Source: Candidatus Eiseniibacteriota bacterium
Lineage (GTDB): Bacteria > Orphanbacterota > Orphanbacteria > Orphanbacterales > Orphanbacteraceae
DNA length: 64,000 bases
Reading direction: 5' to 3'
Assembly (NCBI GenBank): GCA_016930695.1
Contig: JAFGGD010000030.1
Location: 56,321 to 120,320 of the forward strand
The notes under the pieces were generated by a model. That model was not told the DNA's origin, searched no databases, and worked only from the letters and a program-made list of their open reading frames with translations. A program made the position numbers and the translations under genes. Positions 35,171 through 44,934 of the stretch are shown in pieces; within the stretch, counting starts at the first letter, position 1, and each line of letters starts with the position of its first letter.

Positions 35171-36463
35171 ATGCCGAAACGGTACTTCCTGATCCTCATC
35201 GGGATCGCCCTCGCGTTTCCCACCGGCGCGGCGCGAGCCAAAGAGAACAATCGCTTCCTGAACTCGGAATTTCTCCCTCTCGGAGCCCGGTACGCCGGGA
35301 TGGGAGGAACCCACGTCGCCCTTCCGGGCGGCGTCGCCTGCGCCTATACGAACCCGGCGATCCTCCCCTGGACCTCGGACCTGGAGTTCACCTTGGAGGG
35401 GGTCTTCACCGGGGGCCCGGACCACGTCAGCGGGGAGGGGGACAACGCGCTCACCTACCAGGAGAGGAACGAGCTCGGTCTGATCGGCATACGCTTTCCG
35501 GATCGCGGAGGCTTCAGTTTCGCGATCATGGAGGTGACCCGTTACGATCACGACATCCGGGGGCATCTCTTCGGACTCCTCCCGGAGGGGGGGACCAAGC
35601 CGGTATACACGAAGAAGGCCGAGGAGGACCCGGACAAACTGATCAGCGATTACCAGGACCGCGCTCAGATCCGTTCCTTCGGTTTCACCACGGGGTATCG
35701 GTTCACTCCCAACGCCAGCTTCGGCCTCGGCTTCTGGATCGACCGAAAGAAGGTTTTCAAGAAGATCGACTACTACAGCTCGCCGGTCTCCAGCGGCGAG
35801 GAGATGGACGACCTGATCGAGAAAGACTACGTGGACCGGGAGGGGAACACCAACGACGTCACCCTGCGGATCACGGGGGGACTCTACTACCGTCTCACCG
35901 ACCGGATCGACGGCGCCCTCGCCTTCGGCACCGGTTCGGAGCTGCAGAGCGGGCTTCTCGTGGACGCCCGGACCACCATGATCTACGCCAAGGACAACCG
36001 GACCGTCTTCGACAAAACCCCCTGGAACATGCAGGCGGGCTTCTCCTTCTACTGGAGCGAGGGACTCCGTTTCGCCGGCGACGTCTCCTACCAGCACTGG
36101 AAGGACGTGCACCCGTATCTGAAATCCACCTTCCAGTTCGGCCTGGGCGCCGAGTGGGACTTCGACGAGAGGGTCACTTTTCGAGGCGGTTTCCGCACCT
36201 CCTTCGACCCGACCGATCTGCCGAGCACGGACGAGTTCCCGGGGGACGCGGCGTGGCGTGAGGAGCTCCGGGACATCGAGTGGAGCGGAACCCTCTTTCC
36301 GGCGGACGAGTACTTCCTGACCGCCGGCGTCGGCTACCGGCTCTCGCCGATCCTGCAGATCGACTTGGGCGTTCAGAACAGCGACCTGCTTAGCGCCGAG
36401 GACGGCCGCACCATGGTCACCGTGGGGGCCCGTTTCGTCACCGAGCAGCCCGACGACGACTAG
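35171..36463 (+). CDS. FadL/TodX-family (PorV-like) outer-membrane beta-barrel, second copy
   Basis: Signal peptide MPKRYFLILIGIALAFPTGAARA. LGARYAGMGGTHVALPGGVACAYTNPAIL matches the FadL/TodX N-terminal signature, as in the 2231 gene. 430 aa, barrel-sized. Confidence 0.5.
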   Translation: MPKRYFLILIGIALAFPTGAARAKENNRFLNSEFLPLGARYAGMGGTHVALPGGVACAYTNPAILPWTSDLEFTLEGVFTGGPDHVSGEGDNALTYQERNELGLIGIRFPDRGGFSFAIMEVTRYDHDIRGHLFGLLPEGGTKPVYTKKAEEDPDKLISDYQDRAQIRSFGFTTGYRFTPNASFGLGFWIDRKKVFKKIDYYSSPVSSGEEMDDLIEKDYVDREGNTNDVTLRITGGLYYRLTDRIDGALAFGTGSELQSGLLVDARTTMIYAKDNRTVFDKTPWNMQAGFSFYWSEGLRFAGDVSYQHWKDVHPYLKSTFQFGLGAEWDFDERVTFRGGFRTSFDPTDLPSTDEFPGDAAWREELRDIEWSGTLFPADEYFLTAGVGYRLSPILQIDLGVQNSDLLSAEDGRTMVTVGARFVTEQPDDD

Positions 36464-36519
36464 CCCGGACGGGACGGACGGCGCCGGCCGCGCCCCGGCG
36501 GGAACTCGCGAGGAAGTTC

Positions 36520-37152
36520 TTGGAGAAGGTTCCGATCGGCGTGCTCGCCTCCGGCAGGGGAAGCAATCTGCAGGCGATTCTCCGAGCCGCCGCCGGGCCC
36601 GCGTACCCGGCGCGGGTTGCGGTGGTACTCTCCGACGCGGCGGAAGCGCCCGCCCTCGATCACGCCCGCGTCGCCGGCGCCGATGCCGTGCATGTTCCGC
36701 CCGGACGGAAGGGGGCGCGCCTCTCTCCGGAAGCCGAGAGGCGGATGGTGGAGGAGCTGCGGGCCCGGAACGTCCGCCTCGTCGCGCTGGCCGGTTTCAT
36801 GCGTATCCTCTCCGGCGATTTTCTCGCCTACTTTCCCCGGGCGGTCCTGAACATCCATCCGTCCCTTCTCCCCGCCTTCCCCGGTCTGGACGTCCAACGC
36901 AAGGCGCTCGAACACGGCGTCCGTTTCTCGGGTTGCACCGTGCATTTCGTGGATGAAGGAATCGACAGCGGACCGATCCTGCTGCAGGCGGCGGTCCCGG
37001 TGGAGGATCGCGACACGCCGGAGACGCTCGCCGAGCGCATTCTGGAAGAGGAGCACAGGATCTACCCCGAGGCGATACGGATGGTGCTGGAAGGGGGGAT
37101 TCGCGTCGAGGGGAGGCGCGTCCTTCGCGCGAAAAAGGAGGGGGGAGCTTGA
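36520..37152 (+). CDS. purN: Phosphoribosylglycinamide formyltransferase
   Basis: TTG start. GVLASGRGSNLQAIL, LAGFMRIL and NIHPSLLPAFPG...SGCTVHFVDEGIDSGPIL are the PurN folate-binding and catalytic motifs. Confidence 0.85.
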   Translation: MEKVPIGVLASGRGSNLQAILRAAAGPAYPARVAVVLSDAAEAPALDHARVAGADAVHVPPGRKGARLSPEAERRMVEELRARNVRLVALAGFMRILSGDFLAYFPRAVLNIHPSLLPAFPGLDVQRKALEHGVRFSGCTVHFVDEGIDSGPILLQAAVPVEDRDTPETLAERILEEEHRIYPEAIRMVLEGGIRVEGRRVLRAKKEGGA

Positions 37153-38045
37153 GCGAGCGGGGCTCGGAAATCGCGACCGTCGCGGGACGGCGCCCGGACC
37201 GGAGCGGCAAGGTCAGGGATATCTTCGACCTGGGCGAACAAATGTTGATCGTCACCAGCGACCGGATCAGCGCCTTCGACCGGGTCCTCGCCACCCCGGT
37301 CTCGGGGAAAGGAAAGGTATTGAACCGTCTCTCCGCCTTCTGGTTCGACCGGCTCTCTTCCATCGCGCCGAACCACAAGATCACGATCCAAACGGCGGAA
37401 TTCCCCGAGCCCTTCCGCGGTGAGACTCTGCTCGAGGGGAGATCGATGCTGGTCCATAAGGCGCGGGTCTTTCCGTTCGAGTGCGTGGTGCGCGGCTATC
37501 TCGCCGGCTCGGGATGGCGGGACTACCGGAAAGAGGGGGGAGTGAGCGGCGTCTCGCTGCCGCCGGGGCTTCGTCTTTCGGAGCGCCTCCCCGAACCGAT
37601 TTTCACCCCCAGCACGAAGGCGGAGAACGGCCACGACGAGCCGGTCCCCTTCGAGCGGATGGAGCGGGAACTCGGAGTCGAGACGGCGAGGCGCCTCCGG
37701 GACCTTTCTCTCGCCCTCTTCCGAGAGGCGACCACGCACGCCGAGGCGCGGGGAATTCTCCTCGCGGACACCAAGTTCGAGTTCGGACTCGGGCGGGACG
37801 ACCGGATTCTGCTGGTCGACGAAGCGCTCTCCCCCGACTCTTCCCGCTTCTGGAAGGCGGAGCGTTATCGCGCCGGCGAACCGCAGGAAGGCTACGACAA
37901 ACAGCACGTTCGGGAGTACCTTCTCGGGATCGGCTGGCGCGGAGAGGCGCCCGCGCCCGGCCTGCCGCCGGAGGTGATCCGCTCCACCCTGGCGCGCTAT
38001 GAAGAGATTTTCGCCATCCTGACCGGTCCGGCCGCCGCCGCCTGA
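37149..38045 (+). CDS. purC: Phosphoribosylaminoimidazole-succinocarboxamide (SAICAR) synthase
   Basis: TTG start overlapping the purN stop. GKVRDIFDLGEQMLIVTSDRISAFD and ILLADTKFEFG are PurC signature segments. Confidence 0.85.
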   Translation: MSERGSEIATVAGRRPDRSGKVRDIFDLGEQMLIVTSDRISAFDRVLATPVSGKGKVLNRLSAFWFDRLSSIAPNHKITIQTAEFPEPFRGETLLEGRSMLVHKARVFPFECVVRGYLAGSGWRDYRKEGGVSGVSLPPGLRLSERLPEPIFTPSTKAENGHDEPVPFERMERELGVETARRLRDLSLALFREATTHAEARGILLADTKFEFGLGRDDRILLVDEALSPDSSRFWKAERYRAGEPQEGYDKQHVREYLLGIGWRGEAPAPGLPPEVIRSTLARYEEIFAILTGPAAAA

Positions 38046-38105
38046 GAGCCGGCCGCCGGAAATCGACCGCTCACCCGAAGGGAAGAGAAGAACCGGAGGA
38101 ACACG

Positions 38106-39647
38106 ATGAAGCGGATTGCCCGGGCGATCCTGTCGGTTTCGGACAAGGAGGGGATCGTCGAACTGGGCCGCGCCCTCGCCGCCGGCGGTACGACGATCCT
38201 CTCGACCGGCGGCACCGCCCGCCGCCTCCGCGAAGAGGGGGTGCCGGTCCGCGAAGTGGGAGAGGCGACCGGCTTTCCGGAGATGCTCGGAGGGCGCGTG
38301 CGCACGCTGCACCCCATCATCTTCGGCGGCATCCTCGGACGGCGCTCCCGGGAGGGGGACCGCCGCGAGATGGAGAAACACGGCATCGAACCGATCGACC
38401 TGGTGGTGGTGAATTTCTATCCCTTCCGGGAAACGGCGGCCACGCCGGGCGCGACGGAGGAGGAGATCGTCGAGTCGATCGACATCGGCGGTCCCTCTCT
38501 CCTCCGGGCGGCGGCGAAATCCTTCGAGGACGTGGCCGTGCTGCACCGGCCGGACCAGTACGTTCCCTTCCTGGAACGGCTCGCCTCTCCGGAGGGGGCG
38601 GACCTCGCGTATCGACGGGAGCTGGCCGCCGCCGCCTTCCGGCACGTGGAGGAGTACGACGCGGCGATCCGCGACTGGTTCGACGAGGGGGGGGAAGGGG
38701 AGGAGCACCCCCGGCGTTTTCGCCTGGAAGGGACGCTGCGCCGGGCGCTCCGCTACGGAGAGAACCCGCATCAGAGTGCGGCTTGGTACGATCGGTCCGG
38801 CTCGACGGACCGCTTTCGCGTGCTCCAGGGGAAGGAGCTCTCCTACAACAACCTGCTCGACGCGGACGCCGCCCTCCGCTTGGTGCGTGAGTTCGACGGT
38901 CCCGCCGCGGTGGTGGTCAAGCATGGAAACCCCTGCGGCGCCGCGGCCCTTGCGGACCCCCGCGAGGCGTTCCTCGCCGCCTACGCCGGCGACCCGCAAT
39001 CCGCCTTCGGCGGGATCGTGGCGCTGAACCGCCCGGTGGACGGCCTCCTCGCGTCGGAGATGAAACCCCACTTTCTCGAAGTGATCGCCGCCCCCGGTTT
39101 CGACGACGAGGCGCTCGATCTTTTAGGAAAAAAGAAAAACCTGCGGCTCCTCCTCGTCGAGGGTGCGGGCGCCGGCGCGCGGCCGCCGGAGATCCGCGTC
39201 CTGGCGGACGGTTTTCTGACGATGGATCCGGACCCGATCGGACCGTCCGGCGAGAGATGGCGCGTGGCGACCGAACGGGCGCCGACGGAGGCGGAGGCGC
39301 TGGACCTCCGCTTCGCCTGGAAGGTCGTGAAGCATGTCCGCTCCAACGCGATCCTTCTCGCCCGGAAAGGCAGGACCCTGGGCGTGGGCGCGGGACAGAT
39401 GAGCCGCGTCGACGCGGCGGAACTGGCCGTGACGAAGGCGCGGGGGGCGGGGCACGAAACGGCGGGGGCGGTGCTCGCCTCGGACGGTTTCTTCCCCTTC
39501 CCCGACGGCGTGGAGCGGGCCGCCGAAGCGGGGATCGTCGCGTTGATCCAGCCCGGCGGCTCGATACGGGACGCGGAGGTGATCGCCGAGGCGGACCGCC
39601 GGGGCCTCGCGATGGTTCTCACCGGCGTGCGCCACTTCCGCCACTAG
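38106..39647 (+). CDS. purH: Bifunctional AICAR transformylase / IMP cyclohydrolase
   Basis: MKRIARAILSVSDKEGIVELGRALAAGGTTILSTGGTARRL is the PurH MGS-like N-terminal domain. 513 aa. Confidence 0.9.
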   Translation: MKRIARAILSVSDKEGIVELGRALAAGGTTILSTGGTARRLREEGVPVREVGEATGFPEMLGGRVRTLHPIIFGGILGRRSREGDRREMEKHGIEPIDLVVVNFYPFRETAATPGATEEEIVESIDIGGPSLLRAAAKSFEDVAVLHRPDQYVPFLERLASPEGADLAYRRELAAAAFRHVEEYDAAIRDWFDEGGEGEEHPRRFRLEGTLRRALRYGENPHQSAAWYDRSGSTDRFRVLQGKELSYNNLLDADAALRLVREFDGPAAVVVKHGNPCGAAALADPREAFLAAYAGDPQSAFGGIVALNRPVDGLLASEMKPHFLEVIAAPGFDDEALDLLGKKKNLRLLLVEGAGAGARPPEIRVLADGFLTMDPDPIGPSGERWRVATERAPTEAEALDLRFAWKVVKHVRSNAILLARKGRTLGVGAGQMSRVDAAELAVTKARGAGHETAGAVLASDGFFPFPDGVERAAEAGIVALIQPGGSIRDAEVIAEADRRGLAMVLTGVRHFRH

Positions 39648-39656
39648 GAGGGCTCG

Positions 39657-41204
39657 ATGGAACGTCAGGAGTGGATCCTCATACTCGATTTCGGGTCCCA
39701 ATACACCCAGCTGATCGCTCGGCGGATCCGCGAAGCGGGCGTTCTCTCACGAATCCATGCGCCGGACCGCGTGAACGATTCCGTCCTGGACGATTCTTCC
39801 CTCAAAGGAATCGTGCTGAGCGGCGGACCCGCTTCGGTTTTCGCCGTGGGGGCGCCGTCCCTTCCGGACTGGTTCCCGCGGTGGCGGGGGCCCGTGCTCG
39901 GCATCTGTTACGGCATGCATCTTCTCGCCCGCGCCGAGGGAGGAGAGGTGGAGGGGGGGGACGCGCGGGAGTATGGGCCGGCGCGCCTGGAGGTCGACGA
40001 AGTCTCGCCCCTCTTCGACGGCGTGAGCGCCTCCACCGACGTTTGGATGAGCCACGGCGATCGGGTGGTCCGGCCCCCCGCCGGGTACCGAATCGCCGCC
40101 CGCACCGCCGACGTCCGCTGCGCCGCTCTCGCCGATCCCGGACGCGGGCGCTACGCCTTGCAGTTCCACCCCGAGGTGGTCCACACCCCGGAAGGGCCGG
40201 CGATGATCCGTAACTTCCTCTTACGGGTCTGCGACTGCCGCGGCGACCGGACGCCGGACCGCGTGGCGGAGCGGGAGATCGAGCGCGCCCGGGAGCGGAT
40301 CGGACCGGAAGGCGAGGTGCTCTGCGCGGTGAGCGGCGGCGTGGACTCCACCGTGATGGCCCGCCTCCTGCACCGCGCCATCGGCGAGAGGCTCCACGCG
40401 GTCTTCGTGGACAACGGCCTCCTCCGCCTCGGCGAAAGGGAGGAGGTTCTCCGGAACTTCCGGGAATTGCTCCGGATCGACGTGGACCTGATCGATGGAG
40501 CGAGTCTTTTCCTCCGCCGGCTCGAGGGTGTCGCCGACCCCGAGGAAAAGCGGCGGATCATCGGCCGCACCTTCATCGACCTTTTCCAGGAATGGGCGGA
40601 GCGATGGAAGGGAGTCCGCTTCCTCGCCCAGGGCACGCTCTACCCGGACGTGATCGAATCGACCAGCACCGCCGGGCCGTCGGCGACCATCAAGACGCAC
40701 CACAACGTGGGGGGGCTGCCGGAGACGCTCCACCTCGAGCTGATCGAGCCCTTCCGTGAACTGTTCAAGGATGAAGTGCGCGCCATCGGCCGCGCCATCG
40801 GCGTTCCGGAGGAGATGGTCGCCCGTCACCCCTTCCCCGGGCCGGGCCTGGCGGTCCGCATCCTCGGGGCGGTGACTCCCCGCGATCTGGAACTTCTCCG
40901 GCGCTGCGACGACATCTTCATCCGCGCCCTCCGGGAATCCGGCGAGTACGACCGGGTCTGGCAGGCGCTCGCCGTGCTTCTCCCCGTCGAGACGGTGGGG
41001 GTGATGGGGGACGGCCGCACCTACGAGCGGGTGGTGGCCCTTCGGGCGGTGACCAGCGTGGACGGCATGACCGCCGACTGGGCCCGCCTTCCCCACGATT
41101 TTCTCTCACGGGTTTCGACACGGATCCTGAACGGCGTGCCCGGCGTGAACCGGGTCGTTTATGATGTCAGCTCCAAGCCCCCCGCGACGATCGAATGGGA
41201 GTGA
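39657..41204 (+). CDS. guaA: GMP synthase (glutamine-hydrolysing)
   Basis: GATase N-terminus ILILDFGSQYTQLIARRIRE...GICYGMH. ATP-PPase motif VLCAVSGGVDSTV. C-terminal ...PATIEWE. Confidence 0.9.
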   Translation: MERQEWILILDFGSQYTQLIARRIREAGVLSRIHAPDRVNDSVLDDSSLKGIVLSGGPASVFAVGAPSLPDWFPRWRGPVLGICYGMHLLARAEGGEVEGGDAREYGPARLEVDEVSPLFDGVSASTDVWMSHGDRVVRPPAGYRIAARTADVRCAALADPGRGRYALQFHPEVVHTPEGPAMIRNFLLRVCDCRGDRTPDRVAEREIERARERIGPEGEVLCAVSGGVDSTVMARLLHRAIGERLHAVFVDNGLLRLGEREEVLRNFRELLRIDVDLIDGASLFLRRLEGVADPEEKRRIIGRTFIDLFQEWAERWKGVRFLAQGTLYPDVIESTSTAGPSATIKTHHNVGGLPETLHLELIEPFRELFKDEVRAIGRAIGVPEEMVARHPFPGPGLAVRILGAVTPRDLELLRRCDDIFIRALRESGEYDRVWQALAVLLPVETVGVMGDGRTYERVVALRAVTSVDGMTADWARLPHDFLSRVSTRILNGVPGVNRVVYDVSSKPPATIEWE

Positions 41205-43579
41205 ACGTGAACCGCGCTCTCCGCCCAGCCGCCGCGGCGCTTCTCGCCGTCTCCGTCCTCACCGTCCCCGCGGCGCCGGCGGATATTTCACCCCTCGACC
41301 TTCCAGACCGGCCCATCGGCTGGCTCGCCCTCCCGGACGACTCGATCCTCGCCCAACCCGCTCCCGCTCGAGAGGGGATTCTCCGCATCTGCGCCGAGAT
41401 GGGGTGGGCGGAGCGGGAGTACCGCCTCCGCGCCGCCCTCCAGGAGAGACCCCGCGTAACCGACCCGCGGCTACGGGCCAGGGAGAGGAGCCGAATCGCC
41501 CGTCTGGCGGTCCGCGCCGGAAGAGACGGGGAAGCGGTTCTTTGGATCGAAAGAATCGGCGCGGAGGAGCCCTTCTTCTCCGCGGCGGCCGCACTCGCCG
41601 AGCTCCGTCTCGGCCGGACCGAGGCGGGCGCGGCGCGGCTCGAGCGGGTCCTCGAGGAGGGCGGTTTCGACGCGCCCGCGGCGGACCTCCTCCGTTACCG
41701 GCTCGCCGGAGCGCTCGGGATGAGCGGAGAGACCGACCGCTCCATCGCGCTCTACCGTTCCCTCGCCGCCGACCGGGAGAGCCGCTTCCGCTCTTCCTCC
41801 CGGCGGGAAGCGGCGAGGCTCCTCTTCGACAGCGGCGACGCCGGGGACGCCCTCGATCTCCTCCGCGAGGGATACGGCGCGTCCCTCGCCGATCTGACGG
41901 ACCGGGACCTTCTGTCGCGAGCGGCCCGCTACGAGCGGGGCCGCGGGCGAAACGCGAACGCGGCGGCCCTCTGGTCCCGTCTGCTCGAAACGTGGCCCGG
42001 GGACCGGCGCGCCCGGGAGGCGTACCGGGTCCTCCTCGCGATGCAAGAGGAGGGGAAAACGGAAAGGAACGAGCGCCTCCCCCTGCTTGGCGCCCGCGCC
42101 TCCGCCCGGAGCGGGAGAACGGACGAGGCGCTCCGCATCCTCGCCCCTCTGCTCGCCCTCCCGGAATCGGATCCTCTCGCCGGCGAGGCCGCCCTGGAAG
42201 CGGGCCGCGCGCTGTACGAGGCGGGCCGTTTTCGCGAAGCGCTCCGCCGCGTGCTTCCCCTCTCGGCGGGGGAGGGGGCGAGCGCGCGGGAAGCGCTCCT
42301 CTACGTCGCCCGCTGCCGTAAAAAGTCGGGGGAGTGGCGGGAGTCGATCGAGTCGTACAGGGAGTACACGCGGCGCTATCCGTCGAGTTCCATCGCGCCG
42401 GAGGCGGGGTGGGAGATCGCCTGGCGGCTCCGCCTCGCGGGCGAGAACGCCGAGGCGGCGGACGCATTCGCCGATCTGGAGCGCCTCTTCCCGCGGAGCG
42501 ACTACGCGGTCCGGGCCCCGCTTTACCGGTCCTTCTGCCTGGCGGCGACCGGGCGCGCCGGGGAGGCGTTCCAAGCCCTGGAAAAGATGACCGGCGGCGG
42601 AGGGGGCGGAAAGGACCGTGAGGACGCCCTTTTCTGGAGGGCGGAAGCCCTCGCGGATCGAGGAGAGAAGGAGGGCGCCGAGGAGGTCTACAGGGAGGTG
42701 GCGGAAGAATACGCCGAGACCTACTACGGGATCCGCGCGGCGAGCCGGATCGGGCTCCGCACCGTGCTCCCGCCGCCGGTGGGGAGGGGCGGCGACGATC
42801 CCCTTCTCCGTTGGATCCGCTCCTGGCACGGCGGCGCGAAAGGGACGGAACCGGACACGAATCTCCTCATCCTTTACCGGGACCTGGGAGAGAACGACGA
42901 GGCGCGGCGCGAGGCGAACCGGCTGCGGAAACGACACGAGAACGATCCGGAGGCGCTCCTCGGCATCGCGCGGGAATGCCGTCGCCTGGGACTCTTCGAC
43001 CGCGCCATCCCCTGCGCGCGCCGAATCCAAGCCCTCGCGGAAAAGAAGGGAGAAAACGCCCTCGTTCCGGAGCTCCTCGCCTTGATCTATCCCCTCGGTT
43101 ACCTGGACCGCGTGGAGGAGGCGATCCGTCCCTACCGCGTCTTCGGTCCCTTCCTCGTCCTCGCGCTGATGCGTCAGGAGAGCTGGTTTCACGAAGAGGC
43201 GCACTCCCCGGCGGACGCGCGCGGTCTACTGCAGGTCCTCCCCTCCACGGGGCGGCGGATCGCGCGCGCCCTAGGCGAGCCGGACGACTTCCCGTCGGAG
43301 GAACTCTTCCGGGCGGACCGGAACATCCGCTACGGGCTGTGGTATCTTCAGAGCCTGATCGACCGTTACGACGGCGACCTCGCCGTCGTGGCGAGCGCCT
43401 ACAACGCGGGGGAGGGGATGGCGGACCTTTGGCGGGCGGGGCTCACGCCGGGCGAACCGGGGGGCTACATCGAGAGGCTTCATTTTTCGGAGACCCGGGA
43501 CTACGTGAAGCGCGCCCTGGCCGGTTACTGGATCTACCGCTATCTGTACCAAAACATTGCTTCGGAACTGTATCAATAA
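41195..43579 (+). CDS. Soluble lytic murein transglycosylase (TPR superhelix + SLT domain)
   Basis: Signal peptide then multiple TPR-like Ala/Leu/Arg-rich repeats. SLT catalytic region LALMRQESWFHEEAHSPADARGLLQVLPSTG...YNAGEG (ES...GLMQ-type motif). The start may be a nearby GTG. Confidence 0.75.
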   Translation: MGVNVNRALRPAAAALLAVSVLTVPAAPADISPLDLPDRPIGWLALPDDSILAQPAPAREGILRICAEMGWAEREYRLRAALQERPRVTDPRLRARERSRIARLAVRAGRDGEAVLWIERIGAEEPFFSAAAALAELRLGRTEAGAARLERVLEEGGFDAPAADLLRYRLAGALGMSGETDRSIALYRSLAADRESRFRSSSRREAARLLFDSGDAGDALDLLREGYGASLADLTDRDLLSRAARYERGRGRNANAAALWSRLLETWPGDRRAREAYRVLLAMQEEGKTERNERLPLLGARASARSGRTDEALRILAPLLALPESDPLAGEAALEAGRALYEAGRFREALRRVLPLSAGEGASAREALLYVARCRKKSGEWRESIESYREYTRRYPSSSIAPEAGWEIAWRLRLAGENAEAADAFADLERLFPRSDYAVRAPLYRSFCLAATGRAGEAFQALEKMTGGGGGGKDREDALFWRAEALADRGEKEGAEEVYREVAEEYAETYYGIRAASRIGLRTVLPPPVGRGGDDPLLRWIRSWHGGAKGTEPDTNLLILYRDLGENDEARREANRLRKRHENDPEALLGIARECRRLGLFDRAIPCARRIQALAEKKGENALVPELLALIYPLGYLDRVEEAIRPYRVFGPFLVLALMRQESWFHEEAHSPADARGLLQVLPSTGRRIARALGEPDDFPSEELFRADRNIRYGLWYLQSLIDRYDGDLAVVASAYNAGEGMADLWRAGLTPGEPGGYIERLHFSETRDYVKRALAGYWIYRYLYQNIASELYQ

Positions 43580-44888
43580 GATCGGAATCGTTCTGCTTCT
43601 CGCGGGCGCCGCCGCCGCGGGAGGGCCGGACGAGTCCACCCTGGTCTATCCCCCCTTCCGTCACGACTTCGGCCTCCACCACGTGAGCGACTTTCACCTT
43701 CGCCTCTACACGGGAAACCGGGACCGCTTTCTCGCTCCGAAGGGGATCGCGGCGGTGAAGCTGATCGAGAGGGACCGGCCGGACAAGACCGGCGACGACG
43801 ACGAGCTGACCGTTTTCGGCCTCAACTCGGCGGCCCACCAACTCATCTACAACGATTCCCAGACCTCGATCCGCGTGTACGGCGGCAAGGGGAGCGGCGA
43901 GGGGGAGTTTCTCTTCCCCTGGGCGATCGCCGCGTCCCCCTCCGGCGATGTCTATGTCGCGGATACCGGAAACGACCGGATCGTCCATCTACGCTACCGG
44001 GGCGGGGACCTCTTCTTCCTGCGCTCCTTCGAGGAGGCGAAGGGGGACACCGCGCGTTTCCGCTCCCCCCGCGGCGTGGCCCTCGCCACCGACGGAACGA
44101 TTTACCTGTGCGACACCGGAAACCAACGCGTGCTGGCGATCGACCGCACCGGTCGGCTTCTGCGCGTTCTCGGCGGCGCGGAGATCTTCTCGCACCCCGA
44201 GGCGATCGCGGTGGTCGACTCCGGCGACCCCTGGACCTGGCGCAAGGAGGACTTCCTGATCGTGGTGGACCGGAACGGCAAGCGGATCCGCAAGCTCTCG
44301 CCGGACGGGACGATCCTCGCCGAAACCGACGCGGAGACCCTCGGATCGCCCACATCCCTCTTCCGCGGCGTCGCCGTCGACCATTACCATCAGGTTTGGC
44401 TCACCGACGAGGCGAACCACCGTCTCGTCAAGCTGGACCGGTCTCTCCGCTTCCTCGCCTTTTTCGGCCGCGAAGGGGGCGGGGACGGCGAGTTCCGTTC
44501 CCCCTTCGGCATCACCATCTGGCGGCGGTACGGGCAGGTCTTCGTTTCCGAGAGGAGCGGCGCGCAGTACTACTGGATCGGCGCGGACCTTCTCGATCCG
44601 CGGGTGGAGAAGGGGGCCGACTCCCCGGGCGCGCGCTTTTTCTTCCGTCTCACCGAGCGCGCGCGGCTCACCGTCACGATCGAAGACCGCCGGGGAAGGT
44701 CGGTGCGCGTCCTCGCCGAGGAGAGGCTTTTCCCGCCCGGAGAGCGCCGCCTCATCTGGGACGGCCTGAACGACTCCGGCGAACCGGCCCCGCCGGGCGC
44801 CTACCGGGCCCGCTTCGAGATACGGGCGACCTACTCCTCGTCCAAGCACTTTCAAAAGAAAGTTGCAATCCCGTTCGACGTCGGATAG
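43557..44888 (+). CDS. Secreted NHL-repeat beta-propeller protein with C-terminal Ig-like (FlgD-like) domain
   Basis: NHL blades YVADTGNDRIVHL, YLCDTGNQRVLAID, WLTDEANHRLVKLD and FVSERSGAQYYW. The C-terminal LIWDGLNDSGEPAPPGAYRARFEI resembles T9SS-CTD/FlgD-Ig sequence but is not terminal. Confidence 0.55.
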   Translation: MLRNCINKIGIVLLLAGAAAAGGPDESTLVYPPFRHDFGLHHVSDFHLRLYTGNRDRFLAPKGIAAVKLIERDRPDKTGDDDELTVFGLNSAAHQLIYNDSQTSIRVYGGKGSGEGEFLFPWAIAASPSGDVYVADTGNDRIVHLRYRGGDLFFLRSFEEAKGDTARFRSPRGVALATDGTIYLCDTGNQRVLAIDRTGRLLRVLGGAEIFSHPEAIAVVDSGDPWTWRKEDFLIVVDRNGKRIRKLSPDGTILAETDAETLGSPTSLFRGVAVDHYHQVWLTDEANHRLVKLDRSLRFLAFFGREGGGDGEFRSPFGITIWRRYGQVFVSERSGAQYYWIGADLLDPRVEKGADSPGARFFFRLTERARLTVTIEDRRGRSVRVLAEERLFPPGERRLIWDGLNDSGEPAPPGAYRARFEIRATYSSSKHFQKKVAIPFDVG

Positions 44889-44934
44889 CCTCCGAGCCGT
44901 CACCGGAAGCACATCCTCCGAAGCGAGGTTCGCC

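Noticed and set aside
34877-39071. Minus-strand ORFs 34877-36112 and 37062-39071
   Set aside because: Antisense to the FadL-like gene and purC/purH, which are confidently identified on the + strand.
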